DNA of 63,656 nt, the filler included, from Vannella sp. (taxonomy: Eukaryota), in assembly GCA_023345925.1 (NCBI GenBank). It is 6 parts of 6 records of this genome, joined end to end, with 100 filler letters (N's around TTAATTAATTAA, not from the genome) between each part and the next. Parts side by side here need not be neighbours in the genome. Positions count along the whole stretch, not along the records: positions 60,444 to 63,656 come from JAJQQN010000819.1; 5 more parts are not named here. One strand, given 5' to 3'. Shown in pieces: positions 62,001-63,656 of the stretch (position 1 is the stretch's first letter; every line of letters begins with the position of its first letter). Made by a program: the position numbers and the translations under genes. Under the pieces are notes generated by a model. It was not told where the DNA came from, searched no databases, and saw only the letters and a program-made list of their open reading frames with translations.

Positions 62001-63419
62001 TTAAGGGCACTTGCGCTCTACCAACGATTTGCCACGCTCTTCATATTCGGCCTTGGACATCCACATCTGTTGGAACGTGCCAAGCGATCCCAAAATACTG
62101 CCTCCGATCCAAGCGCCGCACTTTCGCTCGATGGCATTGTTGGAAGAGACAATCTTGACTTTCTGTGCAATCTGAGCATTCAGCTCCTCCGTCAAGCGCT
62201 CTGAGAAGCCAGAATATAGTGTGTTCCCTCCTGTGACAATCACTCCGCTACAGAGGTCACGGCGAACGTCTGTGTCACAAAGGTTGACACTCTCTACCAC
62301 CATGTCTTGAATAGAGGACATATGGCGGTCCTTATCCACATCCAGGGGGCTCAGGAAGGCAGGATTGAACATGCATTCGGGTACTTGCAAGCGCTCAACA
62401 CCAACACCGATCACCTTACCGTCAGGAAGCTCGTAGGGAGTGGAAGGGATCATTTGATTCGCATCAGCATCGAACCGAGAGGGAGAGACGGTGCAAATGC
62501 TTTGGCGGATGTCAGAGATGATATCTCTAGTACAGTAATCCACGTAGGAAGGATGCGTGAGGGGGAACTGGTGCAACGTCACTTTGAACTTGCCTCCTCC
62601 TACATCTGACTTGGTCGTGAGATAGGCTGGCTGAACAGGTGAATCAGGGTGACGCTGACGAAGCTGTTCTTGAAGCTCCAGGTCCAGTCGGTTGCCAGCT
62701 AAGTGCGATCGGACGATGGATTGTTGCAAAGCATAACCGTCATACACTGGAACTACAGAGGTTTTGCCTCCCCCAGAGTCGAGAACAAGTCCTGAAGACC
62801 TCCCAGAAGCAAAGCAGGAGAGAACTGCGTCCTTGGAGACAAAGAGTGCGGGCACCTCGTACTTCTCGAACATAAGCTCCGTTAGCTTCTCACGGTTCTC
62901 TCGAGTGTTGTATGAAGGCTCTACCATCAGTACTGGGTGTTCTTTGGGATCCTCGTGAAGTCGGTTGAGCATCCCAAAGGACCAGAGACTTTCCACTGCA
63001 TCCCAGTCCTTCACCAAGCCGTCCTCATGAGGGTAACGGATCTCTATGTTGTCCTTTCGCACGATGAGTTGCTCCGTCCCCACAGAATAGCGCCTGGCGG
63101 ATGCTTTGTTGTCTACATCAACGTCCATGGCATCGCCCGTTGCTTGAGACCCTTCGCCAACAGTGCTGGAGCCAGCAATAGGAACACCAATGGCCTACCC
63201 ACATCCATCAGTACCGCCTTCTGCCTTCCAGAGATCCCTTGCAAAGGTACACACCGACGGATAGCTCGCCTTCGGCTGGTCATCTCCCGCGTACCCGATC
63301 CTTGTGAAGGACGAACCGCAGTCCACAACGATCGCCCCGACTTCGTCTACCAACAAAGATCAGAACCTGGCCACTCCAAACATCGTTCCACGCTGCTCAC
63401 CCCCTCCAAGGAACGGCAT
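62001..63419 (-). CDS. ARP4: Actin-related protein 4 (BAF53/ACTL6), multi-exon
   Basis: GGDEVGAIVVD across intron 1, GYAGDDQPK, ELMFEKYEVPA and WIGGSILGSLGTFQQMWMSKAEYEE..VERKCP. Confidence 0.93.
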
Positions 63420-63656
63420 GTCCTCGCTACTTGCTGATCAAATAATGAAAGGAAGGAGAAATTGGGGGTTTTTTGTTTATTTTGCACCTCATGGGAGGGA
63501 GAAGGAATAAAGGATACGAGCAACCAAGCCCAGGAAAGTGTGAAAATCGAGGGTTTGGAGGGTGTTGTTGGGGCAAATCCCCCGATGAGCACAAGGAGGA
63601 AGTTAGGCCGGGCCTGATTTCCGAGAGCAATGAGATGCGACGAAGCCTTCGGTCAA

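Overview
This is gene-dense eukaryotic (protist) DNA, not a prokaryotic region. It has many short GT-AG introns (checked examples 46-58 nt), uses TAA/TAG/TGA stops normally, and has very short intergenic spacers. The gene content (Roco kinase, RasGEF, Ras, RCC1, LRR and beta-helix surface proteins) is compatible with an amoebozoan-like microbe, but the taxon is an inference. Five artificial 100-nt linkers (N44-TTAATTAATTAA-N44) join six unrelated contigs, so adjacency across a linker carries no information. About 37 genes can be called, many of them housekeeping (FAM50, cyclophilin, SCO1, esterase D, malic enzyme, SHMT, RPT3, ribophorin II, COMMD9, MEPCE, ARP4). The standout, invisible in the ORF track, is an array at 42730-44262 of ten single-LRR exons. 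They are mostly exactly 72 nt, in symmetric phase 2, and separated by near-identical, unusually long (66-80 nt) introns. The LRR scaffold is almost invariant while the ligand-face residues differ in every unit, three units are broken, and no receptor tail is attached. This makes it a candidate exon-cassette library for generating diverse LRR receptors. Other oddities are a Ras lacking switch I and carrying a G12D-equivalent, a short MT-A70 methyltransferase head-to-head with MEPCE, and a decaying RCC1 gene in which one frameshift could be spliced out. All calls come from reading motifs by eye; no database searches were run.
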